A DNA stretch of 56,907 bases, filler included, from Platydemus manokwari (taxonomy: Eukaryota), in the NCBI GenBank assembly GCA_037951405.1. It is 5 parts of 5 records of this genome, joined end to end, with 100 filler letters (N's around TTAATTAATTAA, not from the genome) between each part and the next. Parts side by side here need not be neighbours in the genome. Positions count along the whole stretch, not along the records: positions 20,112 to 31,647 come from JBBMOY010614438.1; positions 31,748 to 47,348 come from JBBMOY011270317.1; 3 more parts are not named here. One strand, given 5' to 3'. The first letter of the stretch is position 1. Every line of letters starts with the position of its first letter. Made by a program: the position numbers and the translations under genes. Shown in pieces: positions 23,733 to 36,618 of this stretch. The notes under the pieces were generated by a model. That model searched no databases. It saw only the letters and a program-made list of their open reading frames with translations, and was not told the DNA's origin.

Positions 23733-25658
23733 ATGTTTGCCATATATAATCGTATTAAATCAATATTTTACCCTAGTAATTCCAACAAAAGAAAATCAGA
23801 CGAATCAATTGAAGTTCTCAAGTTGACATATTTATTGGAGTATTTTTAATAATATTCATTTTTGTGTAGAGAAAATAGTTCTATAAATGATAATTCAGTA
23901 CAACTTCCAAAGCTACCTTTGACCGAAAGGTTATTTTTTCGCTTTTATTTTAAAATAATTCTTATTTTATGCAGACATTCTAATTTATCCGTATATAATG
24001 ATATTTTTCAAAAAAATAAAAGTGTAAATTTTGTTTACAATGATGTATGTTATTTAATTAATAAGTGTAAATTTCTAAATTTTATTTAGACATTACCAGC
24101 TATGGAATCTTATAGTGTCAAAAAGTGAGATCTGATATAGATTATTTATTTTCGTATTTTTTCAATAGGTTTAAATTAGACCCTAACAACAAAAGCATTT
24201 ATATTAATGGTGATTGTATATTGGCGGAAAGTGAGAATTAAAATTGTTTTTTTAATATTTTATTTTTTGATAGGTAAATTTAATATGAACAGAAAAAAGG
24301 ATATCGAAAACAAAGATTCGAAAGTCACGAGTGTCAAAGGTTTGTATTATATTTAATGAAACACACAATTTTAATTATCACAGATCAATCACCTAATCCA
24401 AAGTTAAACAGTCTTACCGTAAAAACCAAATCTCATTTACTCGATTCTAAATTGATCGAGAATTTATTAAAACCTTCAATTTATCTCGACAGCAGACAGA
24501 AACGATTGCAAGCTTTACAAGCCGAAAGCCATGTCAACAAAGAAGAAGTCTTGAAAATGGATTATTAATAATTAATTGATTATGTTTGTGATTTCAGATC
24601 AAAAAATACGAAGGCAGTTATATCGAAGATATTACGGAATGTTTTCGAGAGTTGTGCTCAATTCCGCCGGTCGTATTTCCAAAGATTTCCAAAAAAATTC
24701 AACTGCCAAGTTCGGTTTTTGTTTTAAATATTTCCAAATTGCTTTTTAACGATCGACGAATGGTTTTTCTGTAGAGATCACTGATCAAATGAGAGAAGAT
24801 GTCCAGCTGTGTTTAATGAATAAACATCGCGATTGTGTGGTGGTGGAAGAATTCAATCTGTCCGTCACCGTTACGGATATGCTTTCATTGCAACCGCGTC
24901 AATGGTTGACGGATAATATCATCAATTTCTATCTCGAATTGATCTATTCACGCAATAACAGCTCATCACATTACCCCTCGGTTCAAATACTCACAACGTT
25001 CTTCTATCCGAAGCTTCGAAGTTCCGGTTACAGTGGCATCAAACGATGGACAAAGAAGCGACCGATATTCGATTGTCAATTGGTTCTCATTCCGATACAT
25101 TTGGGAAACCATTGGTGTTTTGTGGTGGGGAATAAATTCGTGTTTTGTCATTGATTTTTTAATTAAAAAAATTTTTTTTTGTTCACAGATAATTGATATG
25201 TGCAATCAAGAAGTTCTCTATTACGATTCATTGAAAGGACCCAATCAAGAATGTTTGGATTTGATGAGGTTTGCATTTTTAACTAGTTGTCGTGGATTAA
25301 ATGTGACTGTGATTACATTTGTAGGACTTTCCTTATTGAAGATTCCAAAGATAAATTGCAAAAATCCATTAATATCAACGAGTGGACTTTTAAACAAATT
25401 TATGTAAATATTTATGAATTTTATAAAATAATTTATTATTTTATGATAGGATGGACCTAGTCAGCAAAATGGTTATGATTGTGGAGTATTTTTGAGTCAA
25501 ACAGCCGAATTTTTATCACGAAAAGCTAAACTGGAATTCAAACAAGTTTCGAATATGAATTTTAACTTATTTCAAAATTAATGTTTTTATCTTAGGATCA
25601 TATGCCTTATTTCAGAGAGAAAATGAGTTACGAAATAATTCAGAAACAACTTTTGTAA
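23733..25658 (+). CDS. Ulp1/SENP1-like SUMO protease (peptidase C48), many short exons
   Basis: DMLSLQPRQWLTDNIINFYL, TTFFYPKL..GY..IKRWT, LIPIHLGNHWC (His), YYDSL (Asp), PSQQNGYDCGVF (Gln/Cys, ~25450-25495), HMPYFREKMSYEI* with stop at 25656-25658. The start at 23733 is tentative. Confidence 0.92.
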
Positions 25659-25906
25659 TAGAGATCTAATTTGTAAAGATGTACTTTAAATACATTTATA
25701 ATTTGATTTGGCTTTTTATTTTCTAATTATTATCGCGTATTTTAATTAATTAAATTATTTAATTGTTTAATTTATTTTAATTGAATTTGTTTTATTAATT
25801 GAATGTTTGTAAAATTTTAAATTTGTCATATGGAAATATCAGCTTTTATATCATTATACGTTGTGCATATGTAATAATCATTTAAAAATTTAATTTTAGA
25901 GACAAC

Positions 25907-28900
25907 ATGTCAAGTGAAGTTGCAAACGCCGCTGAAAATCAACCAGTTGAACCAAATAATCCAAATCAACCCAGGAATAATTTCTGGACAATGATGAAAG
26001 GATTCTTTTTCAGAATGATGATAATTTATTTTATCAGTAGCTTTTTCCGAAGATCACCAGCACCTGAAGCACAACCTGGGAATAGGTCACCGGTTCCTGT
26101 TCTTTCTGGAATTAATATTTATCAAAAAGGAACTTGGTTTGATCTCTACGTGTATACATCGGATATGCACTATTTTAATGATTTTTCTAACAATTCAAGT
26201 TTATTTTGGCATCTCAAAAATATCGAATATGGTGACTGGCATGCTGGTCCCAATGGTGATGGAAGTTTTGAAACTTTCAGTTATATTAATCCGTCAGAAG
26301 TAAATTATTTTTGGTTTTCAATGTTGATTATTAACGATTATTATCTTCAGAAATTGAAAAATAATGGTTCATTTTATTTGCATATTTATATTGTACCAAG
26401 TGGGCACAGTCCAGATCCATCTAATAAGAACTATGATAAGAAGCTAACAATATACAAGAGCAAAAGTTGGTATTTGTGCAATTGATCAATTGTTATACGT
26501 GTCATTTTTAAAATTTTAATCATTATTATGTAATGTTTGCAATATTATATCACATAGATAAATAGAATAATTTCGCAACCACTTGTAAATGAATAATGAA
26601 TGTCTTGATATCGTTTATTTGTCCATGATTTTGTAATTCAATTATTAATTACTAATAAATTATTTATTAATATATTCAATAGGGAAATTAATAATCTTTA
26701 AATCATAACAATTATTTTATAAATCATTTCGTTTAAAATTTCTATTAGGTTCAATTATTTATTTATTCAATGAATTAATTTGATCATCTTATTTAAATCT
26801 CATTCATATTTATCACCATGGTGATTGTAATTAATAATCATTTGAATATTAATTAATATTTTTCTAATTATTTTAATTGACATTTTGACCATATTAAATG
26901 CATATTAAGTGATTTTTATTGGTTTTTTGGAACATATTGGAAATTTATTGTTATAAATTCATTATTTGTTAGTGTTGACAAAATATAAGAAACGCAAATT
27001 AAAGCGCACCGTCAATCTATTGACCGGTGAAACCGTTACACCACATGAATTGAAGGCAAATCAAAGTATTGAATCGCATTTGCCACCAGTTACCCATTGG
27101 CATCCCAATATGACCATTCAATTATTGGATGATCATACATCATGGACACCTGGCGCTGTTCCTCCTCCGTTGAATGAGAGTAAAGGGATTTTTAACGATT
27201 TCTTTCAAATTTACTTTTGTTTTCTCATTAAGTGGTTGACTTTTATTCGAGCACGAGTGACTATTATCCTATCGTATTTCTCAATGATTATTGGAATCTT
27301 GCCCAAGATTATACAGTTGTCAACGAAACCGTTACGAAATTACCATTGAATTTGGTTTTCTCACCGATTTCCTTGTTTAAATTGCAACTATATGCTGCCC
27401 AATCGATGAGATCGAAATGGTACAGCGGTGTATTCGGTGATAATATGATGCAAGAATCTGATGAGGAACAAGATACATTGAAGGTATGGATTATATGATA
27501 TATTATATGGATTGATTATATATTATATGGATTGATTATATATTATATGGGTTGATTATATCTTATATGGATTGATTATATATTATATGGGTTGATTATA
27601 TATATGGATTGATTATATATTATTGGGATTGATTATATATTATATGGTTTGATTATATATATGGATTGTTTATATATTATTGGGATTGATTATATATTAT
27701 ATGGGTTGATTAACAATGCTATGTTCAGAAAACAATGCTAGATACAAATCCTTATCTGCTGGGAATGACAGTCATTGTTTCCATTGTTCACAGCATTTTT
27801 GAATTCCTGGCATTCAAAAACGGTAAGACAGGCATCTAATCGATTATATTTATATAACTGACCCATCATTAATGAAGATATTCAATTCTGGCGAAACAGG
27901 GAATCATTAGAAGGATTATCGGTTCGATCTGTATTCTTTAATGTTTTCCAATCTGTTATTGTTGTACTCTATGTACTTGATAATGACACCAATTTTATGG
28001 TGAAAGTATCTGTTGTACTTGGATTATTAATTGAGGTTTGGAAAATCAAGAAAGTGATCAATATCACGGTTAATCGAGAAAATTTAGTTTTCGGAATGTT
28101 TCCGAGAATATCTTTTGCTCATAAATCATCATATACTGAATCTGATACCAAGAAATATGATCAGGTGACATTGATTATATATTGATTCTATTTTATAATG
28201 ATTATATATTGATTCTATTTTATAATGATTATATATTGTTTCTATAATGATTATATATTGATTATTCTATAATGAGTATATATTAATATATTGATTATAT
28301 ATAGGTTATATTGATTATTATTAAAAATTCAATATTGATCATATATCGGTTATACTTTGATTTTATATCAGATATATTGATTATATATTGGTTATGTATT
28401 GAATAAACATTATTTATGTATTGATTATACATTGGTTATATTGGTCATATTTGTTATATTAGCTTTATATTGAGTATTATGATTTTTAATTTAATATTGG
28501 TTATATATTAGTTATAATTGAATTAATTATAATGTTTATATCATAAATTTGAAATCATTTATATATAAATTCAAGTAAATTAAAATGAATATTATTGTTT
28601 AATGTTAATAACATTAATGATTTATTTTCATTGATTAATTATTATTATTATTTATTGGCTATCAATTGATTTAAACATTGTTGGCATGACGCCAAATTTT
28701 CATTTACGATTTTTTGATTTAAAAATCAAATTATTTGTAGGCGTTGTCATGATCAATAAAGTTACAATATTGATATTATTAGATCATTTATAGAATGATG
28801 TTATATGGTGTTGATAGATTTATAATAATATATTATTATCATTATTATTGATATGGTTGAGGTGATGATTATAATGGGAATGTTACAAATATTATCAAAC

Positions 28901-30052
28901 CACATGATTGAAGATCTCAAATTGTTCGATCACAACATCTCTTTATCAAATCTAGATAGACAACAACAATAATAATAATACATTAAAATCATCTACTAAA
29001 TAAGCAATTAGATAATCTTGATGATAATTCAATGATGAATAACATTTTCATATTATTTCCATCTATTAATTTGAGAATGAGAATTATAAATATGTAAAAC
29101 TTATCAGACACTGTTATAAGATGTGTTCTTGTTAAAGACAAAATATGTCTCCACAAAGCTTGCAGTTCAATATAAATATTGATTGAGAGAAATATAAAAT
29201 GATAAGGATATTATTTATTGAATGGTGACATTATTTGAAATTATCCGTTATATACATATATTTCTCTCTCTATTTATATACGAGAACAATCACAAAACCT
29301 AAAAAATAATCACATAATAATATATTTCTACAGTGTAATATCAGCTATTATATAAATATCATATGTAACTCGATACATGTTATTTATTTCAATTTTTATA
29401 TGTAGCTGGCTTTTAAATATCTGTCATGGATTCTATTTCCATTACTTGTTGGATATGCAATTTATTCTCTCATTTATTTGGAACATACTGGATGGTATTC
29501 ATGGGTACTGTCGATGTCATATGGTTTCTTGTTGATGTTTGGTAAATTCACATTGTTACAATATTGTCCCTTGTTTCTTATTCGTCGATTTTTCCACCCC
29601 ATTTCTAGGCTTCATCATGATGACTCCACAATTATTCATCAATTACAAAATGAAATCTGTTGCCCATCTTCCTTGGCGAAAATTGACATACAAGGCTTTG
29701 AACACATTTATCGATGATATTTTTGCATTTGTCATCAAAATGCCCACCTTATATAGGATTGGCTGTTTGAGAGATGGTGAGAATTGGTTTTCTATTCTGT
29801 CCGACACAGTCGTTTTAATGCGTTTTGTTTTCTCTTTCCACAGATGTCATATTCTTTATTTATTTGTACCAACGTTGGATTTATCCCATTGATCCCAAAC
29901 GGCCAAATGAATATGGTGTTAGTCAGGAAATGATTGAAAAGTTCGAAGCTGAAAAGTCTGCTGATATTCCAGCTAGTGTAGCCAGTATTGAAGGTACTAC
30001 CAGTGGATCGGAATCCGCTGAATTAGACGAAAATATCAAAAAAATGCAATGA
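25907..30052 (+). CDS. CLPTM1: Cleft lip and palate transmembrane protein 1 homolog (lipid scramblase family)
   Basis: In-phase GT-AG exons: 25907-26299, 26351-26465, 26973-27179, 27233-27483, 27729-27822, 27878-28164, 29406-29541, 29609-29776, 29844-30052. Motifs HWHPN, YYPIVFLNDYW, LDTNPYLL, FEFLAFKNDIQFW, FIMMTPQLFINYKMKSVAHLPW..LTYKALNTFIDD, YQRWIYP.DPKRPNEYG. Confidence 0.97.
27485..27712 (+). repeat. Intronic minisatellite, ~18-21 nt unit (TTATATATTATATGGATTGA-like)
   Basis: About 11 imperfect tandem copies filling a CLPTM1 intron. Confidence 0.9.
28170..28510 (+). repeat. Degenerate minisatellite related to 27485-27712
   Basis: Repeated TGATTATATATTG(A/G)TT units at the start of a later CLPTM1 intron (after exon 27878-28164). 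Confidence 0.7.
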
Positions 30053-31647
30053 TTTATAAAGTGTTTATAATTTAGTGCACTTGTTATTATTAAATATATA
30101 ATGTATTTTATCTGCCTGATTTTCATTTAGTTTTTGTCTTTTCAACTGTGCTATGAACACCTTTATTTGGAAAATTATATTTTGTTTTGTTTCACTTTGA
30201 TTCTTTATAATGATTTTTGATAAGATTTCGATATATAATATTTAATGGCGTTGGAGGTTCGAGCTTTGAATAAATGATATTATTTCGTGTGTCATTCCCA
30301 ATTTTGGTAAATGTTGACATTCTAGAAATTTAAAGCATTAGCAGGAATGCTTATATGTATAGGAGACCATTTATCATGAGTTGATGGCTGATTTAAAATG
30401 TAATTGGACAGTATTGTGTTCACATTGACCACTGATTTTAGACCATTCACTATTAAAGCATTGTTGATTATTCTGGGTATGTATTGGCCTATGGTGTGGC
30501 ATCTCCTTTCCAAACGTTTTATTAAGATTATAACTGGGAATCACGGAAACAAAAGGCTATATAGTATAAATAGTATAAAAATGTACCAAGTACCTTCGAG
30601 CCATAAAAATGTCAAATTTAGTAATATATAATATTTAAAGCTAACCTGGGTTTAAAATCCCATGAAAGATCTAAAAAACCTTTTGCAGATTATAATGCTT
30701 TTTATTAATAATGAACGAATTTCTCTAATGAAAATGACAACGAACAATTTTATTTAAAGATGGGTATGAAAATAAAACGAATAAATCGCATATTAGTGAT
30801 GGATCAAAAACAATGGTTAAAATCTTACATTTTATCAAACACAGACTTTAGAAATTAAGATACTAGCGATTTTGTAAAAGATATCTAGGAATTAATGAAT
30901 AATAATTTTTTGCGAAAACCATGGGAAACAGTAAAAAACGGAAAATATGAAATTAGTTACAGATACAGTTAAAACAAGGAAACGAAATACAAAATCAACG
31001 TGTAAAAGATTATTTAAATTAAGTAATTAATTATTTGCAATTCATTATCATAAAGTACAAGGAAAATTAAATAAACCCGTTTATTTACTATTCTGTATTT
31101 TAGAGTTAAGTAAATTATTAATGTATAAATTTTATTATAATACTTTGAAATCTAAATACAAAGAAGAAATAAAGGTTTTGTATATGGGCACATATTCATA
31201 AATACTAAATATTAAAACGTAAGATAGAAATTCCTTTGATTCAGCAGAGTTAACATTCAGATCTGGTGGTGATATTAATGAAGACATAAATAATGACTAA
31301 ATACTATAAAATGAATTTGATTTTTTGAATTATAATAAAGGTTATTATTTATATAATGCATTAAATAAAAAAGTACCAGGAAAATTTTAAAAATGAATTA
31401 AACGATAAAATTTACCGGAAAGAGATTTATTTATGAAGCTGGAATAAGCATAATAAACCAATGGAAATATAAAGGAGGTTAGATAATTAATTTAAATTTT
31501 TATAAGGCAAATAAATAATTTTAGTTATCTTAACCACTTTAAATAATTATTTACAATTTCTTTTTCTTTTTTGTGATTTATCTCAAAAAGTCCGCTTTTA
31601 TTATTCGGTATTTTGTCAGTTCCAAATCAATTTTATTACTTTTTATA

Positions 31648-31747
31648 NNNNNNNNNNNNNNNNNNNNNNNNNNNNNNNNNNNNNNNNNNNNTTAATTAAT
31701 TAANNNNNNNNNNNNNNNNNNNNNNNNNNNNNNNNNNNNNNNNNNNN
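31648..31747. other. Assembly spacer (N-TTAATTAATTAA-N)
   Basis: Seen directly. Confidence 0.97.
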
Positions 31748-31751
31748 GATC

Positions 31752-31753
<2 letters not shown>

Positions 31754-31796
<43 letters not shown>

Positions 31797-31912
31797 TATT
31801 ATTATTATTATTATTATCATTTTACTTTTATATTATTATTGTTACTATTTTTATTGTTATTTTATATTTTTTTATTATTCACTTTTTCATTTTATTATTA
31901 TTATTATTATTA
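31754..31912. repeat. (TTA)n microsatellite / low complexity
   Basis: Seen directly. Confidence 0.9.
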
Positions 31913-33199
31913 TTTTGCTCATATATTCACTATCGTTTTCTTGTTTATTTAATTTTCTATCTGATTATATTATTTAAATCTTTGTCGCTTCCCACCCTCA
32001 CTCCCTCCTTTTTAAAATTCAAAAGAATACACAAGATCATTATTCTAACTAGTACAGCTTGCTCAACATAAAAACAAAGTGTTGCATACTTAAAGATAAA
32101 AATAAAAAATAAATTAATTTAGTTTGATCAACAATAAGTTATTGTCCATATTGGTATTGATAATTGAAGCTGCTTTCTGATCTGGGCGTTTGTAGCAACT
32201 GGTGAAATGATTCTGATTTAACTACTCAGCGGGATTTCAGAGAGGTTTGATAAAATGTTATATATTGGAGTTGAGATTGTTTTGATTGTTAGTGATTGAT
32301 ATTGAAAAATTGTATTGTTATGAATTGTTAGCAATTGGGATTCGAATATTGGAGATTTGGAAAAACTAAAAGATTGTGGAATTGGGATTTAATTGTATAA
32401 TTCTGAGTTGGGATATTGGAAAGATTGGAGAATTGTTTAGAATTGGAAATTGGGGGAATTAATTGTATAAATCTGAGTACTCCATCCTCAACATAATTAT
32501 TAAGCAATTAAGTTTTAAAATCAATCTTCCTAAAAAAAATCTACTAGAATCATTAGAATTTATTCGCTCTTGATCTAATAAGCCATTATGAAGATCGTTT
32601 TAAATAATTAATATCTTTCATTTTCTTCAAGTCTGTCTTCATCTAAATGAACTTATGTCGAGATCATATCAAAATATTTTATAAAATTTACGTTCTATTA
32701 TCAGTAAAGTATCAAATAATGGTAGCAAATCTAATTAAGGTCAATCGCATAACAGCTTCAGATTTATAGGAATCATTGATTTTAAAATAAATCGAGCAAA
32801 TTAATTAAAATACCTAGAAATGAATAAAAACTATTAAAATAGTAATAAAAATGCTATTTTAAAATAAAATTTAATTAATAAAATAAAATAAGTTTAAGTA
32901 GAAATCATATTGGTCGAAAAAAATAATTAAATCTGATTCAAAATTGGTAACGGGTTAAAGAAAATAAATTTATTCGAAAAGTTGAGATTTAAAGTTGATA
33001 CCTTTTATTTCATGACTTAAATTGATGTTTTTTCCTTATTTTTCTTATAAACATGCAAGTGCACATTTTTATCTTTATATTAGTGCAACATTAATTCATT
33101 TATAACTATACTCTTGAGAAAATGAGATGCAACTCTCACTACTTCCAAATAATAAGAACACTATACAAGAACTCCAAATTTATCTACTATTGTGACCAA

Positions 33200-35010
33200 C
33201 TATAGATACCATCAATTTCTATTCACCGTGGTGTGAAACAATGATTTTCAGTATCTATGTCCTTATTCTGCACAACTACCAGATCCATCAAAGGCAATTT
33301 TCCGCCCAATTTATCAATATAGCCAATTCTGAAGAAAATCTTGAAAAGAGACTCAATAAACTGATCCACAATGCCGTTGACATTCACCTTGTCATCAATG
33401 TTCCTAAGTGTGATTACTATTCAAAACATTCAATGAGCTATATTGACCTCGCATTATTCTATGAAACGGTTCCAATTATTTGGCCTTGCAAAATTAACAC
33501 TAGTGACCAACATGATATCAGGCTTCGAAGCCATTGCAGAGTCTCGACTGCACCCCTGTCAAAGGTGTCAAGGATACAGCACTTTCGTGCACTCGAGGCT
33601 CCCGTCGAAACTACTAAACTCGACTCTCGCATTCTGATCACTAATGAGGTCAACAAACTGACCAAATCCTTTGACCAATAGATCTGAGCAATCTCTCGTA
33701 AAATATCGAATCTGCAAGCCTCAAAAACCAACAACAATGACTTCCTCTACTATCCATGCAAACTCGGTGAATCGGCCTAACTAATTGCATACTATATTCA
33801 GAGCATTGTTTGTGCCTTCAGATTCCTAACAAGTACCGACCATCAATTCAGGTCATTTGTCAGAAATCACTTAACCAACCTGATCAAGTGCAGACTCAAC
33901 GAAACCACCGATTTATCAAGTTCATTCCTCTGGATATAAGACAATATTGCATTTGATAAGAAATGAACTTCCACACTTGATGAACCAAACCTAGACTTGC
34001 TTCCAGAAAACTCAGGAAGCTTCAAATTGACTGCTAATTCAATCATCATAATGATCAAATTCCACTAAAAGTCCCTGTCTTTCCCGAAAAAACATACTTT
34101 TTCTCAGAAGACTGCCGTGACAAAGTCTCAGGTATTCTACACGATTTGGCATCCATGTTTTTCTTCAATCATTGGTCAGCAGTAAAAAAACAAAGACAGC
34201 TGGTCTATTGTATTTCCTTATCTCATCTATCTTATAAGCCATTAAAGAACTTCTATCTATCACCGAAAGTTTGGATATTTACCAACCATGTGCGTAATAA
34301 TCTCTTACAGCTCTGTTACATGCCGCACTTTATCAAGGCAAACAAATAGAACAAGAAACCGATGCTAGTATTTTTAACCACTGCCCGGCTGTTCTAGGAC
34401 TAGCTTCAAAACGTTACGCTATAATCCTATATCATTTACGAAATTATCTACAGTTACTAGGCTTTGACATGGACATCGATGCATCACCGGAATCGGCAGG
34501 TAAACTACGGCTGGGCTTGGCGATCTGAAACAAAAGCCGATCTCAAAATTATTGTTGATAAGAGCGACAACTTCCAGCATCATCTATTCCTCATTCACGA
34601 GAAATTCAGAACTGTTGACAAGGATATCTGTTGGAAAACGAGATTTGAGACTCACCTCGATGTCATCTGCATTGGGTCTTGAGAATATTGGGTCCTGTCA
34701 AATATTGAACTCGATAAAAAGCAAATCTAGGGGTTCCTCATAACACATTGCTCAGAGATGTCTTCTCAACTTACAAGGCTCATACGAACCAAAGAAAACG
34801 AAAGAATGTCTGTTAGGATCGAGTACTAACTATCCTGCACTGGTCACCCAAAACAACAAGTATAAAACAGAGCCATTCGGCAAATGTTGCAAAGCTAATG
34901 AGAAGACTTCAAATGAAGAAATCTCGAATCAGAATATCAGAAACATCGATCTTAATAATTCAATTTAAAAGTCGACGTGAGGATTTGTGCCACCCCGTCG
35001 TGAAGACTGT
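33200..35010 (+). mobile_element. Highly decayed LTR-retrotransposon internal region
   Basis: GC-richer block with broken ORFs; gag-like residues; RNase H-like ETDAS (~34356) followed by AVLG; TGTTATG at ~35009 may start an LTR. Confidence 0.45.
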
Positions 35011-36261
35011 TATGATTATATATTACAAATCTTAATATTCTAGTAGAACTCATGATTTAAATATTAAATATCAGTAGTTATTTCACGTTATGGCCTTGAA
35101 TTACTAATGGATTCCTAAAACATAGTTATTGATTAACTAAGCTAAAGAAAACAAAACAAAACAAAAACCTACAACAAGTTATTTGAATAACACTATATAA
35201 AAGAAGATGGGACAGGAAGCATAAAAAATAATTAAACAAGGTAAATAAAAGTTTAATAAAGGCACTTAAAATTGATAAAATAACTGTCCCGGATCAATAT
35301 AAATATTCCATTTAAACAGCTTCGTCGATTTTCCTACGCAACGATTCTATTTAGAATTCCCATAGATACCCATGTATTTTGTTAAAGAAAGAAACTAAAT
35401 TACCTAGAGATTTAAGAAATTTGAATGGCGAATTAATCATTTACTAATAATATTTCTTAAGAAAATTAATGCATAGAATTAACCTAATATTAAATTTCAA
35501 GATTTTTGTGGACATCATCTACATAAGTTTTTATTATAATTACATCGGTTACATCGGTGACATAAAATTTCACAAATCATCTCTCTATCATTTTTATCAA
35601 TATGGTCCCCTTTTTAATAAAAAAAAACGCTCATTACTGTTTAATATTCCACATGAGATCCTAAAATCCATTGTAATCGGTATTTTAATTTTATAAAACC
35701 AAATAATAAGATATAACTCATTGTTTTATTGTGGGTTCATATTTATATCATTTTTCCTAATTTTAATCTATTTTATAATTATAACAATCGACTTTCAAAT
35801 AGTAAGAGTTAAATTAGTTAGAGTATCATATAACGTGAAGGGAAACTTCTACAATTATGGCATAATTTCAGAGGTTAAAATCCGTTACAATAAATTATGA
35901 AAATTTCGAATAACAAGCCAGAACCCAAATAACAATGGATATAAGATATTGTTAAAATCACATTGATTAACTAAATTATGTCCAAAATCTTATTGTCATA
36001 GTGTGAGTGAATATTTTAAAATCAATAATGTTTTTATCGAAATGTTATAATCTAAATGAAATAATCAATTATGAAAATTAAAAATATCTATTATTTCAAG
36101 TTATTGTTTCACGATCGATATTTGAAATTTATTCCTATTAGATAATGAAAACTTAATTAATATTTCATTTTGAGTTAGTAAAATTATTTTGCAGTATTAT
36201 AAGTGCACATATTTGAGAATCGCTATTCGCAATAGTACAACTTTCCTTTCCGCTTATGTGA

Positions 36262-36618
36262 TACTGTCGTACCATTTACAAATTATTCTCAAGTCGCGAT
36301 AAATTGTCGCAGATTATTTCAGAATCTGTTGAAATAAATACTTTTTTAATGTTGATCGATTTTTGAAAATCATCGATAACAAGTTTTGTTTAATTTTTAC
36401 ATCTTCAATCATGGGAATTATTTTATGTGACTACGTAATTCTCATTCGTCGATAATTACATAAAAACCGTGTTATTGCTTGAAAGTTCTTCAAGAACTTG
36501 TTATTCGTAATTTCTAAAAATCGATTAACAATCAAAAAATATTTATTCCAATTACGTCTGAAATAATCTGCGATAATTTATCGAAACTTGAGAATCATTT
36601 GTAAATGATACGATAGTG
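36262..36618. mobile_element. Palindromic (fold-back) MITE
   Basis: TACTGTCGTACCATTTACAAATTATTCTCAAG..CGATAAATTGTCGCAGATTATTTCAGA is mirrored at 36557-36618. The arms remain alignable for ~150 nt; the right end reads CACTA on the minus strand. Confidence 0.8.

Noticed and set aside
27485-27712. CRISPR-like array
   Set aside because: Tandem units without unique spacers, intronic, eukaryotic, and no cas genes.
30330-30620. Possible gypsy RNase H/integrase relic (GDHLS, MYWPM)
   Set aside because: Motifs are too short and scattered to call.
31985-32480. Minus-strand PPT-like tract (AAAAAGGAGGGAG) and Pro/Ser/Asn-rich upstream sequence as an LTR element 3' end
   Set aside because: No recognisable pol domain or paired LTR; plausible but unsupported.
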